A stretch of DNA of 63,810 nt, counting the filler. It is 14 parts of 14 records of this genome, joined end to end, with 100 filler letters (N's around TTAATTAATTAA, not from the genome) between each part and the next. Parts side by side here need not be neighbours in the genome. Positions count along the whole stretch, not along the records: positions 1 to 3,252 come from SRR7504441_102488; positions 3,353 to 8,069 come from SRR7504441_102490; positions 8,170 to 12,155 come from SRR7504441_102493; positions 12,256 to 16,441 come from SRR7504441_102544; 10 more parts are not named here. One strand, given 5' to 3'. A program made the translations under genes and the position numbers. This document shows positions 1 through 14,111 of the stretch, piece by piece. The notes below the pieces were generated by a model. The model did not search any database and was not told the origin of the DNA. It was given only the letters and a program-made list of their open reading frames with translations. Numbering within the stretch: the stretch's first letter is position 1; each line of letters begins with the position of its first letter.

Positions 1-478
1 GTCGGCCCGGAGGAAGGGCCAACTACAGATATAATTATTATATTCCAAATGTTTCTGTTCAAATAAAATATGTGTTTACGTAAGATACAATCATCTAAGT
101 TACGTTGATACAAATGGAACCCCCCCCACTTCCATGGAAGTCCCAAAGTGCGCTAAAAGTGCGCCGTTCTTACGTATATTAAATGATAGTCGTGTAGTGT
201 TCTTGAAACGCTATTACCTAGCTATTACCATTCGTAGAAAAAGCACCATTGTTTATAGTACAACTATGTTTAAAATTAATAGGCTAAGTATAATGGCTTA
301 GCTAAATTTATCAATCTAAATACTCGTCGGTGCCCAGCTAGAGTGCCGACACGTGTACAATCAGAGAAACTTTTGGGTTCACGAGGGCTGCTCGGATCTA
401 CAGGCTCAGTAAATACTAAGTAAAAGGGCTTAGCTAATGGCTGTAGCTTGCGACTGAGGCAGCGCAAGATACAGAGGC

Positions 479-2866
<2,388 letters not shown>

Positions 2867-3252
2867 CGCGCTCGTCCCGCGTCGAGGGTGGAGTCGCTCG
2901 TTGGAGAACGCCGTTCACAGGTGGCAACGGCGATGGCCGCTGGTGGGTCTGCGCGGCTTGCTGGGTGGCGGCCGGACTTGAAATCAGGGGCGGTGCGCCG
3001 AGTCGCAGGCAGGGTGCACCTGGGGTGCACACAATCATGATGAATGAGACATGAATTCTGATTTAATCGTGAACATAGCATCAATTGATCGCTATTAATT
3101 TGATCATGATTCAATGTGCATAGATTGTGCACGCGTTCAAGACTTCAAGCGTAAAGCATGTTCTTTTCGACAACAAGTATTTTAAAGGCAACACTTAAGA
3201 CAGTTGGTTGTCCTCAAACAGAGTGTACATGTAGTCGCCTCTAGGGGTCGTG

Positions 3253-3352
3253 NNNNNNNNNNNNNNNNNNNNNNNNNNNNNNNNNNNNNNNNNNNNTTAA
3301 TTAATTAANNNNNNNNNNNNNNNNNNNNNNNNNNNNNNNNNNNNNNNNNNNN
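3253..3352. other. Artificial contig spacer (first of 13)
   Basis: N-run + TTAATTAATTAA + N-run of 100 bp, repeated at 8070, 12156, 16442, 20679, 23833, 28568, 33800, 37496, 40677, 46756, 56543 and 60405. The 12-mer gives stops in all six frames. Confidence 0.99.
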
Positions 3353-3469
3353 GTGACGCCGTAGCGCAATCACTCTAATCTACGCAGTAACAGACTACAG
3401 AATATAATAAATTCATGCATATATATCGGCTGTACCATGCTTCTGCCAAACAATGGAGCAAGGCAGATC

Positions 3470-6380
3470 TCACAGATTCTCAGAGGCAGGAGCGGCACCC
3501 GACGCTGGGGCTTGGGTCAGATTTTGGTTACTGACTTGGTTGGCCTTGGAGAGCCTCTTGAAATTTTCGTCATTCGCCTGTGCATGCAGGTCGATTGTTT
3601 GAATGTGATGGATGTTCTCAGCAATCAAATCATCCATCTCTTCCCGTGCCTTCTTGGAGATGGTGGCAGTTTCAGCGAGGTGCTTGAGGACCTGTCCCTG
3701 CTCATGAAGTGTCTCCACTGCCAACAGCTTTGTTTGCAGCACTTCCACAATTTCGTACCCTTGTTTTGCACTTATCTCTGAGAATTTCTCCTGGGCAAGT
3801 GTCATCAGCCTTTCATGTGACTTCTTCAGTGACTTGAGGGCCTTCAGCGCAACAGCCTCCTTTTCTGTTGTGCACGTGGCCCCGACGTTCAGGGGATCAG
3901 GGGCCTGAGCAATACAGTCGCCACCCGAACCAGTACCGCTGGTTGGGGCCGACATTGGAACTCCGTTGTCATCACCGGGAGCATCCTCTCCAGCAGCGGC
4001 AACATCTTCAAGAGCAGCAGCCGCGGCTGCAGCTGCAGAACTGGCAGCAGTAGAGGATGGAACAGCAGCGTTCCCACCACTGAAGAAACCTATTTTAGAG
4101 GATGTGAATCGCGTCACAAGGTCCTCGAAATGCTCCATGGCATGCTTGTGGCCACGGACGTAGGCACACACAATATGCATGTTGCGCTCCTCCACTGTCA
4201 GTCGGCCAAACAAATGCATGATTTCAATGCATCGCTGAACATTGTCAAACGCACGATGGAACCAGTTGTCTTCCATGTCCTTCAAAATTTCGTGCCAGTC
4301 TTCAATGTCCATGTTGACTTCATCCTTTGCTACCTCGATAGACCCCAGTAAAATATCAGGTATCTTGGATGTGATTGGAATTGCCTGGTGCTTGATCATC
4401 CGCCAATACTCAGCGTTAACCATGTCCAGGTAGATTGTGCGAAAAACCATGAGAAATTCCTCCTCGCTGAGCTCGTCGCTGTCATTTGCCATCAACTCGG
4501 TCAGCTCGGCAGACTTTTTCTCCCTCATTTCTCTCCATGAATCACCTAGGACCTGAACCAAGCATTTTGCTTGAAGAGCATTCGCCTCTTGGAATTCAAG
4601 CTCACCTTTGGCATCATGCCTGCTGAGCAACATGTTAAACTGATTCAGCGTCTTCACATGCACCAGCCGCTCGGCTTCGTGATCGATGAACTTCTGGGCA
4701 GCAGGATCCTGAAGCATACCGAGAATGCGCAAGAAAAAGCCACACGTGGTGCCGTTGATGGCTAGTGTGAGCAACGTTGCCCCACCAATCAGCACGACGA
4801 ATGGAGCACCTTCATTATGGATGCTGTGGTCCTCGTCCACAATAAGACAGAGGATCAGTCCGACCGCACCACGAAGACCACCCCACACAGAGATGAAAGC
4901 GTCCTTCCAGCCTCGCTCAAACCCATACCCGGTGTTGCACAGAGGCCAGTAGAGTACAGCCATCATGACTGTCCTGATGATTATCATAAATAAATAGACC
5001 ACCACCATGTAGCCAAGGTAGCTCCAGGCCTCTGCAGAATCTTTTGAGTATTCATTATAAAAGTCGGTAGCAATGATGACTCCAGACAGGATGAAGATGA
5101 TGGTGTTGCCTACGAACTCAACTACGTGCCACACGTGATTCAACTCCTTGCGCGATGTGAGCAGAGGCCATCCAAAAGCCGCAATCATCACCCCAGAAGT
5201 GACACAGGCCAGCACACCACTCACCTGCACAGGCCAGCCAGTAAACACTGCATACACAAGCCAAGGTTGGCACAAACCTCGCACACTTCCTCGCCCACAA
5301 AGAACGAGAGATACGCCATTGCGAATGTGAGGATTGCCTGGTTGGCCAGGTTGTCTGCTTCCTTGCCCTCTGTCGAGTTTTTAATAATCATCAGGAACAC
5401 AATCGAGATGATGCCACACGCAATTCCGACTGCAGGTCCTCCTAACGCCACCTGGAACCAGGCCCGGTGAGCGAACCGCTGAAGCGCACGCCGACCTGAA
5501 ACAGGTATGCGATCACTTCCCCTGCAGTGTAGATCTTGCCCTGCACGATGTTCAGGAACAGCGTGAATCCGACAATTGCAATCCCATCGTTCATCAGAGA
5601 CTCGCCAGCAATCACCATAGTGAGCTTCTTGGAGGCACCCAGAGAGTTGAGGAGTCCGACCACCTGTCGCCTCTCAATCGTGCGACACGCGCGCTCAGTT
5701 GATACCGCCACTGGATCTGTGGCTGCAGTGATGGAGCCGAACAGCATCGACATGCCGTAGTTCCAGTGGTAGCTCGAAGGCAGCACCCAGCGAGCCACCA
5801 GGCCCATCAGCCCCGTCCCGATCACCACGCCCGGTCCGGCCAGCAGGAGACACTGCACAAAGCACCGCTTGACGAGGTGCCAGTTGAGGGTCATCGCATC
5901 TGCAGCCCACCGCTCGCGGCCGGTCGGCCGGCCAACCCACCGCCAAAGAGCAGCGCCGGCAAGAAGGCGTACATGAGCAAGTGAGGGTCTATGTGGTCCC
6001 AGTCCTCGATCGAGTCCGAGAGCACCCCGAGCCCTCTGTTAGTCCCCCGATGCAAAAATCCGATGCAGATCCCCACAATGATCAGCGCGACCGTGTACGG
6101 GAACGAGGGGATGAACTTATTCAGGAAAACGTGTATGACGAAGCCCACCGCCAAACAGAAGAACGGGAAGAGCTGGCGAAACACCCCCGCTCAAGCCTCA
6201 GGCGGGCGTCGCTCCCACTCACCACGTCGTAATACGCCGTGTCGTGCTCCGCGTGAGCTTCAGTGGCTGCATGCGTCACCTGGCTGGTCGCCAGCAGCGC
6301 CAGCACAGCGAGGAACAGCTTCTGCACACCCCAACGCACTCAGAACGAGCCCTCCCGGCCTTAGCGATGGGCACCGCCAT
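3470..6380 (-). CDS. CPA1-family Na+/H+ exchanger (SOS1/SLC9C-like membrane domain) with N-terminal signal peptide, about 6 introns
   Basis: Motifs FLPALLFGDAM, ATDPVAVV, GESLMNDG, SGVLACV, WGGLRGAVGL across three ORF pieces joined by 41-53 nt GT-AG introns. Spliced N-terminus MAKLFLAVLALLATSQVTHA. Confidence 0.92.
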
Positions 6381-6690
6381 CCTGCTGAGAGTCGCAAGTC
6401 GCAACTGTGTGATCTGACACCGGTCTGCCGGTAACCCAAGAGCGGTAAATCAAATCACAGTTGCGAGTGAATTAGGAGCGGTACGAAGAAACATAGGTTT
6501 TAATGATTAATTACTCTACTAAGCTGATTAATTCAGTCAAGCTTTCTCATGTACTCGCACTACTCGTAGTACTCGTATCGATGTCACTATCTACGAAAGC
6601 ATCATCACTCACGTCGCCCGCCAGCTCGCATGCCAGATCATCCTCTACAGACCAGCAAGCTCAGTGGGAGCCCGGGTAACCAATCAACAC

Positions 6691-7913
6691 CTAGACGCTC
6701 GGCAGGCTCCTCAAACCAAATCTCAGTGATACCAAAGTCAGTCTCTTTGGTGGGCTCTTCGGCCCAGACAAAGATGTAGCAATGGCAGAATCCGTCCTGC
6801 ATCTTGGGCTCAGCCAGATCAGGGCCAGGTACACCGTTAGTAGGGCTTCAGCCCCTGTGAGCGCAAACGGGACACAGGTGGCCCCGTCGTGCTGGACCAG
6901 CTGGCCGTCAAACTCAAAGCTCGCCTCAAACCTAGTCCAGTCCATTCGCATCGTCACCTACCCAACCGCTCGCAGCTGGCACCGCGGAGTGGCTCGCCTG
7001 ATGCCACTCGCCTGGCTGGCCCTCGAACGATTCGAGATCCTCTGCCTCCTGGTATGAGTCTGCGAGCCTCACGCTGCGGCCTGACGGGAGCCAGACCATC
7101 AGGTTATCTGGGTTCTGCGAGCCCATGAGGAATGTAAACGTCTCAGGCGGGTCGGGCGGGGTATCGAGCCAGAAGAAGCGGCGGTCCTTGTACAGTTCGG
7201 GGGATGCCGAAAGGAACAGGTTGCAGTAGCTACGGACAGCAGACTGCTTCAGAACTCTGAACTTGAAAGAGACCAGGTTCGGCCTAGCTGGAGACTCAAA
7301 GTGGTGGTAGATCCCGTTGAAGTTCATTTGGCAACCACCAGCCATCTGAAGCATACTGTCCGACCTGTCGCCCCGCCGTGACTGCCGGCTGCCGGCCCTG
7401 GGCGGCACACCACGGTGCCTGAATCGGCCTGAGGCACTCGGCCTTAACCTTGACCCCACGGACCGGCATCTCGCCGACCAGTTTGACCGCCCAGCGGTTC
7501 GACTCCGGCTGCCAGGCGAGCAGCTCGCCACGCTGACCGTTGAGGTGCGCCGCCTTGACCAACCCGTGCAGCACCACCAGGCTCCCTCTGCTCCAGCCGC
7601 TGTCCACCCGCAAAGCCGAGCTGTCCAGCGGGACGGCGTCTTTCACAAGATAGGCCGCCTCGGCGGAAGGGCCATCCTGCCAACGGTCGCGCCAGCCACG
7701 TCCAAAGTTCTCAAACAGGATGGCCCGCTCGACTCTGTCCAGCCGAGCCAGCGAGCTCCCAGGTGGGATCCCGTTGGCCACCATCACCGACCGATGCAGC
7801 TCGCGTACCAGCCGGTGCAGATTGATGCTCACAGCACTCACCCGGGCTAGGCTGCACGCTTCGGCACAGCCAAGTATCCGCTGGATCGTATCGTCCGCCA
7901 GGCCTCCGAGCAT
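6691..7913 (-). CDS. Hypothetical protein with F-box-like N-terminus and KOW/SH3-like segment, 2 introns
   Basis: LADDTIQRILGCAEACSLARVSAVSINLHRL resembles an F-box; VVLHGLVKAAHLNGQRG...RWAVKL...VKVKAECL is a small beta-barrel motif common in algal/protist proteins. One GT-AG and one GC-AG intron join three ORFs. Confidence 0.6.
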
Positions 7914-8169
7914 CGCCTGATATTGATTACGGCGGTGGCATTGGCCCCAGCCCCCAGCCCAGCTTGGGTTAGGGTGGGGTCTGAGCGCACATTAGACAAC
8001 GCGTACGGTGGCATACTGTTATAGCAGTTATACGCCTGGTTACAGCTGCGAGGCTGTACACTTGGTTTTNNNNNNNNNNNNNNNNNNNNNNNNNNNNNNN
8101 NNNNNNNNNNNNNTTAATTAATTAANNNNNNNNNNNNNNNNNNNNNNNNNNNNNNNNNNNNNNNNNNNN

Positions 8170-11100
8170 ATGGGCGCGTCGGTGGCCATCCACGGCACCT
8201 GGCTGGCGGCCGGAGCGCCGTACCAAAAGCTCACCCAAAGCCGCATAGGCAACGATCGCGCTAATGCTGGTGAGGTGTTCCTCTGGACGCTGAGCAGCGC
8301 TGGCGTCGCTACTTATTATGCGTCCGTTTATTCAACGACCGCTCCACTGGAGAACATGTACTTCGGGACAGCGGTCGGAATAGACGCCGGCAACGGATAC
8401 ATGGCCGTCGGAGCGCCGGGCGACGTGTACCAACCATCCTCCGCCTCAAGCTTCACTTCCGGTGCGGTCCACTTTTTCGAGCTCTCAAGCAGTGGCGCTT
8501 CACCCCTCAGTGGCGGCTCACAATACATAGGCAGTAACGCACAGGCGGATGAACTTATGGGGTCCAGCGTAGCCGTCAGCGGCTTAACGACCATAGTCGG
8601 GGCGCCTGGCCATGCGAATTCAGCTGGGACCGCGTATGTGTTTATCTACACCCCAGGCAACACTCCCCCGGTCGCCTGCTCCCACGCGTTGAGTGCGACA
8701 AATCCAGCTGAAGGCGCACGATTTGGAACGGCAGTGGCCATTGACGGGGACCTGGTGGTAATCGGGTCCCCGAACCTGGAAGTCGGTGGGGAAACCGCGG
8801 CCGGGGGGGCTCAGGTTTTCGAGCGCATTGCCTCCTCATCGAACGCGGCGTGGTATCAGAAGGCCGAACTAAATGATCAAAGCGTGGCAGCCAATGAACA
8901 GTTTGGACTTGCAGTCGCAGTATCGGGCAGCACGATCCTGGTGGGCTGCCCGTATTGCGACCACAATGGAAACGCCGATTGCGGCTCTGCTGATGTTTAC
9001 GTGTACGACTTCAGCACAAATACGGCTACTTTTCAGGCGACCCTCCAGGATGAAGTGAGTCGGCAGGCCGCTAACGACTACCTCGGGTTTTCCGTGGCGC
9101 TAGAGGACGAAAATACAGCCGTTGTGGGTGGCTATGGAGACGATACTAATCTCGGAGCGCTGTACGTATTCTCTCGCTCGGGCACGACTTGGACACTGTT
9201 TGAAAAGCTCACGAAAACAGGCCAATCAGCACTGTATATTGGACAACGCGTGGCGGCCACAAAGGGGTACTACGTTTCGGGCGGCCCGCAGGCCCAAGGC
9301 AATGGTGCCGCGACCTATGGGGGGAACGTGTGGTTCGGTCCGATTTTGCCCTGCTTCCCTTAGTGCCACCTGCCGCCCTAGTCCTGCAGTGCTTGTATCC
9401 TACTTCTTCAGCTACTGAGAGAGCTGTCTGGCAGGTCCCTCGGTCGCCACTGATGCACCCACTGGTGCACCTACGTCAGCAAGCGCTGGCACCACAACTG
9501 CGCCCTCGGCAGCCCCAACACCAGCACCTACAGCAAAGCCAGTCACTGGCGCGCCCACTTATGCGCCCACTGTGAGCCTTTTGACCGCTTTGAGCTTGAA
9601 ATACACCTCAGATGACGTTGAGATCGCCCTGACTCCAGCATTCAGAGCGGTGGAGCTCAACTACGGTCCAATAGCTCTCCGGTCCAGCAGCGCCTCGACT
9701 GAGGATGTGACGCTGACCTTTACTTGCGCATCTACAGTCACTGTAGCCTACAGGAATTCAGGTACAGGCCAGACATTTGTGTCAGCAGCAGCAACTACAA
9801 CAACTGCGGGACCAATTTCAATTCCACTGAATCAACAGACAACTTTACAGCTCACAGTGACACAGAGCTCTGCAACGAGGCTGTATACAATTTCTCTGAC
9901 GAGATCAACCAGCCCATGCACGGATGCAGAACTCTCTGCCTGGCAAAACAGCGATGAATGTGTCCAAAGCTGCACTTCAGACTATGCCTATGTGACCCAG
10001 ACCCGAACTGTGACCTCTGGCTCCGGATGTTCAGCCAAACTTTCACAATTGGTTTCTGTGTATTGCGGGAGGAAGTCATGCCCCAACATCGAGGTAGTGA
10101 CAGTCTCAATGAGTTTGACTGGCATTAGTGTGTACGAATTTACGACATTGTGCACCCTGGACGCGTTCCAAGCCACAGTTTCAACCATCACAGACCTGCC
10201 TCCAGGAGACGTCGAAGTAACAGGTGTTTCTGACACGAGTACTCGCCGTGCGCTCGGCATCACTGTGGAATACACATTGACCGTGGATTCTGCCAGCGTT
10301 GGCAGTACTGCGGTGTCCGCAATCAGTGCTGCTGCGAGCGATGGCTCTTTTGCAACACAGTATGCCTCGGATGTGGAAGCATATGGTGCATATTTTGTGT
10401 ATGTGGTGGTTTCAGTCCTCGCATCCTCGACTCTAGCCATCTCTGCGGCTGATGAAACCGACCTATCTGCTTCAGAGTCGCTCTACTATTCAATGATCGC
10501 GTTCAACGCAACAATTGCTGCGGGAATTCTATTGCTGTGGCGTCTGGGTGCCTGGAACTGCTGGAAGAAGAACTCAACTGACAAGCAGGGCGAATCACAG
10601 GGTTGGAGCTGCTGGGAAGAGCACCCGTCTGAGGAGATAAATCAGTTTGAGTCTCCGGCTGCCGCCCCAGATGAAATGCTGCCATCTGAGGAGGGAGATG
10701 CTGCAATAGAACTCAATTCATGGTTCGCACCCGGGCAGAAGCCAGGGCCCGAAGCGCCTGCTTTGCTGTCGGAGCCAAAGGGTGCAGCAGCAGCAGCAGT
10801 AGCAACAGGACTAGTCTTGGACGGATCTCTGCATGATGTGCAACAGGCTGATCAAGCTAGCTGGGAGCGAGCGCTGCAATCTGACCTAGCGCTGGCTCTT
10901 CAGACCCGCGAGGAGCGTATTAGAGTGAGCTCACTGACCCCAGGTTCCATTGTTGTGCACTTGGAGCTGCTTGCTGGGGAAGGAGGTGAGCCTACAGCAG
11001 ACCAACTCAGAGATGCGCTCCTAGCATCGGTGGCGGATGCTTCGAGTTTACTTTACCAGGGTCAGATAACCCACGCAGTCAAGCAGGAGGAGACGCTCTG

Positions 11101-12155
11101 TATGGTTTCCGAACTCAGTGCTGATGCTCAAAAGGATGTGCCGCAAATTGTAGTACCCCCAACAAGGAAGGGACTGGGCCATTCTCAGCCTGAAGAGCCG
11201 ATTGAAGTCCAGAGAGAGAAAGTAAAACATGCAGTGATGTGCTCTGCACCAGCTTTGGATGTCGTCCTACAACTGACTGAGGCAGACACACATGCTTCAG
11301 AGACAAGCAGGGCTTGGTACCCTCAGCAGCGATACGGACTAGGAGAGCGGCGCAAGGAAGAAAAGGCCGATGTCGAGCTAACATACATGGATATTACATG
11401 GTCCTGCTGCCTATTCCTGGCAGTGGCAGGATGGTTGCTATTATCGTGTACGTGGTTTCCAGATCAGACAAGTCATGTTATTCAAAACGTCACTGTTGCA
11501 ATGCAGTGCCAGGCACAGAGTCAGGCTCAGTTGGCCACGGCCCGCCTACTGAACGACATGATCGACACCACAGAGCGTAATGTCAACATGTATATGACTC
11601 CAGCAGGAACCCAAGTCATGACATGGCAGGGTGTGAGTGTATATGCAAATGATCCTCTCACGACTAGCACCATTTACACAGATAGTTTGCCTGCAGTGAT
11701 GCTTGGGGTTCTCAATAGTACCACCGCCCTGCAATCAATCTACGCAGTTATACCAGATGGTGCCAGTTGCTCTGTCTTCAGTGCGGAATGGATAAATGAC
11801 ACCATCACCCCACTTGTTGGCAGGATGTATGACGCTACCGGTTCGTCATGTTGGCAAGCAGCATATAGTTCGTCTTCTGGCTACGGTTTATGGACTGAAA
11901 CGACGAGTACCAGTGGAATCGGGCCGCTAGCTAGCACGTGCAGTACAATCACATCTCAGAATTGGTTCAGTACAGCCTGCGCACTGGGTATCTCATCGAC
12001 GAATGTTGCAGTGACTTCAATCTCCAGTGGGACTTTGGGGACTGGTGTGCGATATCTGCAGAGAGGATCGCAAACCACCTACCCCACATTTGGTGCTGAA
12101 ATCAGTGGTTTGACTTTAGCCTCTCACATCCAAGAAGGCACACCAGCAAAGGGAG
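8170..12155 (+). CDS. Large cell-surface protein, partial: FG-GAP propeller, Thr/Pro linker, cadherin-like beta sandwich, TSP1, SEA-like, TM, SEA-like, second TM
   Basis: Repeated FGxAVA...VGAP motifs (8170-9330); TDAPTGAPT...APTPAPT linker in frame with ORF 9572; WQNSDECVQSC...QTRTV TSP1-like motif; two hydrophobic helices. Needs an intron in about 9330-9435. Both ends hit spacers. Confidence 0.75.
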
Positions 12156-12255
12156 NNNNNNNNNNNNNNNNNNNNNNNNNNNNNNNNNNNNNNNNNNNNT
12201 TAATTAATTAANNNNNNNNNNNNNNNNNNNNNNNNNNNNNNNNNNNNNNNNNNNN

Positions 12256-13046
12256 CCGCGGATCGCGCTCAGCGGCTGCCAGTGCCGCGCCGTGTCCATC
12301 ATCAGCCCGCGGTGCTTAAACCTGGGCGCGTCGCTCACATTGACCGTCGGCACCGTGTAGCTCTGGCTGTCAAAATCAAATTTGACCAACTGTGAGATCG
12401 TTTCCAAAGCACGGAGGGCCCCGTATATCGTGACAGCTTGCACACGGCACCCGCTTCCAGGCGCAATCAGCAGTTGGTAGCTCTCGTCCGTCTCCAGCTG
12501 CGGGTGTGATTCGTCCACCGGTCGGCTCAGCCGGATCGCACAGCCACTCAGCCCGCCGCTGGCTCCGGCTGCCAGATGCGGGAACAGAATGCTGTTGTAC
12601 CGTTGATAGGCCGCGGCCAGAGTGGGCGAGCTCGGCCCGTCGAAGCTGAAGTTGGACGGGTTGACCGGAATGCTGCTCGATCCGTTGCTGAACGAGGCTG
12701 GCAGCGGCCAGATCGGCGGCCAGTTGGTGGCGGGAGGTGGCGGCGGCGGCTGGGGGGTGTGCTGCAGCAGGTACAGGTCGCATGCTGGCTCGGCGGCTAC
12801 GTGGTCGATGCAGTCGGTCTTCTTAATCACACCGTTGGTATTGAACCCGCCGCAGCCGGCCGTGGCAGCGCAGCACTGTTCCAGCGCCGAGACGTTGCCC
12901 TTGTTGGGCCGCCCGCAGGCCGGTGCGGGGTCCACGTCATCGTAGCCGCAGTCAGACCGCTGGTATTTCCACCAATAAATCTGGCCGGTCGGCAGCCCAG
13001 CCGCCAGGCAGAGGAGGAGCGCGCTGCAGCACAGCTGGTGTCGCAT
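12256..13046 (-). CDS. Beta-hexosaminidase (GH20), 5' part only
   Basis: Signal peptide MRHQLCCSALLLCLAAG; IWPLP, TDESYQL, TIYGALRALETISQL, DAPRFKHRGLMMDTARH. Truncated by spacer. Confidence 0.93.
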
Positions 13047-13759
13047 TGCTCGGAGTTTATAACGGCAAGTAGATGTTTGCCGGGCGATCACAAAAGTGCA
13101 TTGTCTATCATGTACATTGAAAACATGTATGCTCAGCCCCGGTGCTCTAGCGCATGCAGCCGAGCCTGATCCTCGATCCTTTGGTACTCAAAACTCTGAC
13201 ACCTCTGACACACATTCATGGTGCTACTCGTACGAAGGTGACCCGAGCATCGTAAGCTTACACCCGAGCTGGCCGAGCAAACGGTTGCTAACCGACAATG
13301 CGGTGGTGGGTCGCTCGACTTGTGCACTTGAACGGGGTCAAGATCGTGCGCTCGCCAGTGCCGGATGGACTCAACATTAAAGATGCGACCCACGAGTTCA
13401 ATCACCCCGACCGGTGCGCCCGTGCCCCGTGGTGGATGCAACTTCATGCGGTGCGCGTGCTCTATCTCGAGTTTTGTACGATGTAGAGTTCTCTAATTTG
13501 CATCACATGGCACACGATCGAGAGTATGCCTGTCTAGTCTACACACCAGCCAAGCTACTCGCCCTGCGGCTGCACCGGCCGCTAGACGCCTCTCCAGCGC
13601 CGCACATCCAGTCCCATATCACCCGCCTCGGCCCGCCCTGTGCCCCAGCGTCGAGCATCGCTCGGCATCAGCCCAATAGCCATTCCTTCGCCCGGGCTGC
13701 ACCAGATCGCGTGGCCCAGAGCCCCCACGGCCGACGCTGCTGAGCCGCTCTCTCGCAGC

Positions 13760-14076
13760 TTATGCCGCGTTGCCATTCCCTACGGCGGCGAGCAGCTCGG
13801 CTTTGGCCGCCTCGGCTTCAGCCTGCACGTGCGGTGGGGGTAAGGCATGGGGGGTTGCGACACCTGGAGCTTTTCTATGAGCTGATCGGCGTACTCCTCC
13901 AGCTGCTGGGTCTGCTTCTGGTGCTTCTTAGTCAGAAACTCCTCTACCTGCCCGCCAGAGCTTACCGAACCGCAGACCCAGCGCTGTGACACCGACAAAT
14001 CGTCGTCCCTCGCCGCGGAGGTCTTGGGCCTGCCCAACACCGCCTTTGGGGTGGCCGCAGCCCCTCTCTTTGGCAT
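13760..14076 (-). CDS. 76-aa protein, 2 introns; candidate helix-only Survivin/Bir1/BORI-like protein
   Basis: Removing GT-AG introns 13948-13992 and 13823-13863 gives 77 codons: MPKRGAAATPKAVLGRPKTSAARDDDLSVEEFLTKKHQKQTQQLEEYADQLIEKLQAEAEAAKAELLAAVGNGNAA*. Gene model is solid; family call is by resemblance only. Confidence 0.55.
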
Positions 14077-14111
14077 GGTTTCAAACTGAGCGAAAGTCTC
14101 CCCAACAAAAG

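Noticed and set aside
284-437. Imperfect direct repeat CTAAGTA...GGCTTAGCTAA (about 284-305 and 416-437) downstream of Prp43
   Set aside because: Short, degenerate and AT-rich, with no transposon ends or coding signal.
3253-3352. TTAATTAATTAA palindrome recurring 13 times as a possible biological repeat
   Set aside because: Always centred in an identical 100-bp N spacer; it is a six-frame-stop concatenation linker.
13100-13750. Unexplained 650-bp stretch between the GH20 and Survivin-like genes
   Set aside because: Several short ORFs but no consistent splice model, motif or RNA structure I can support.
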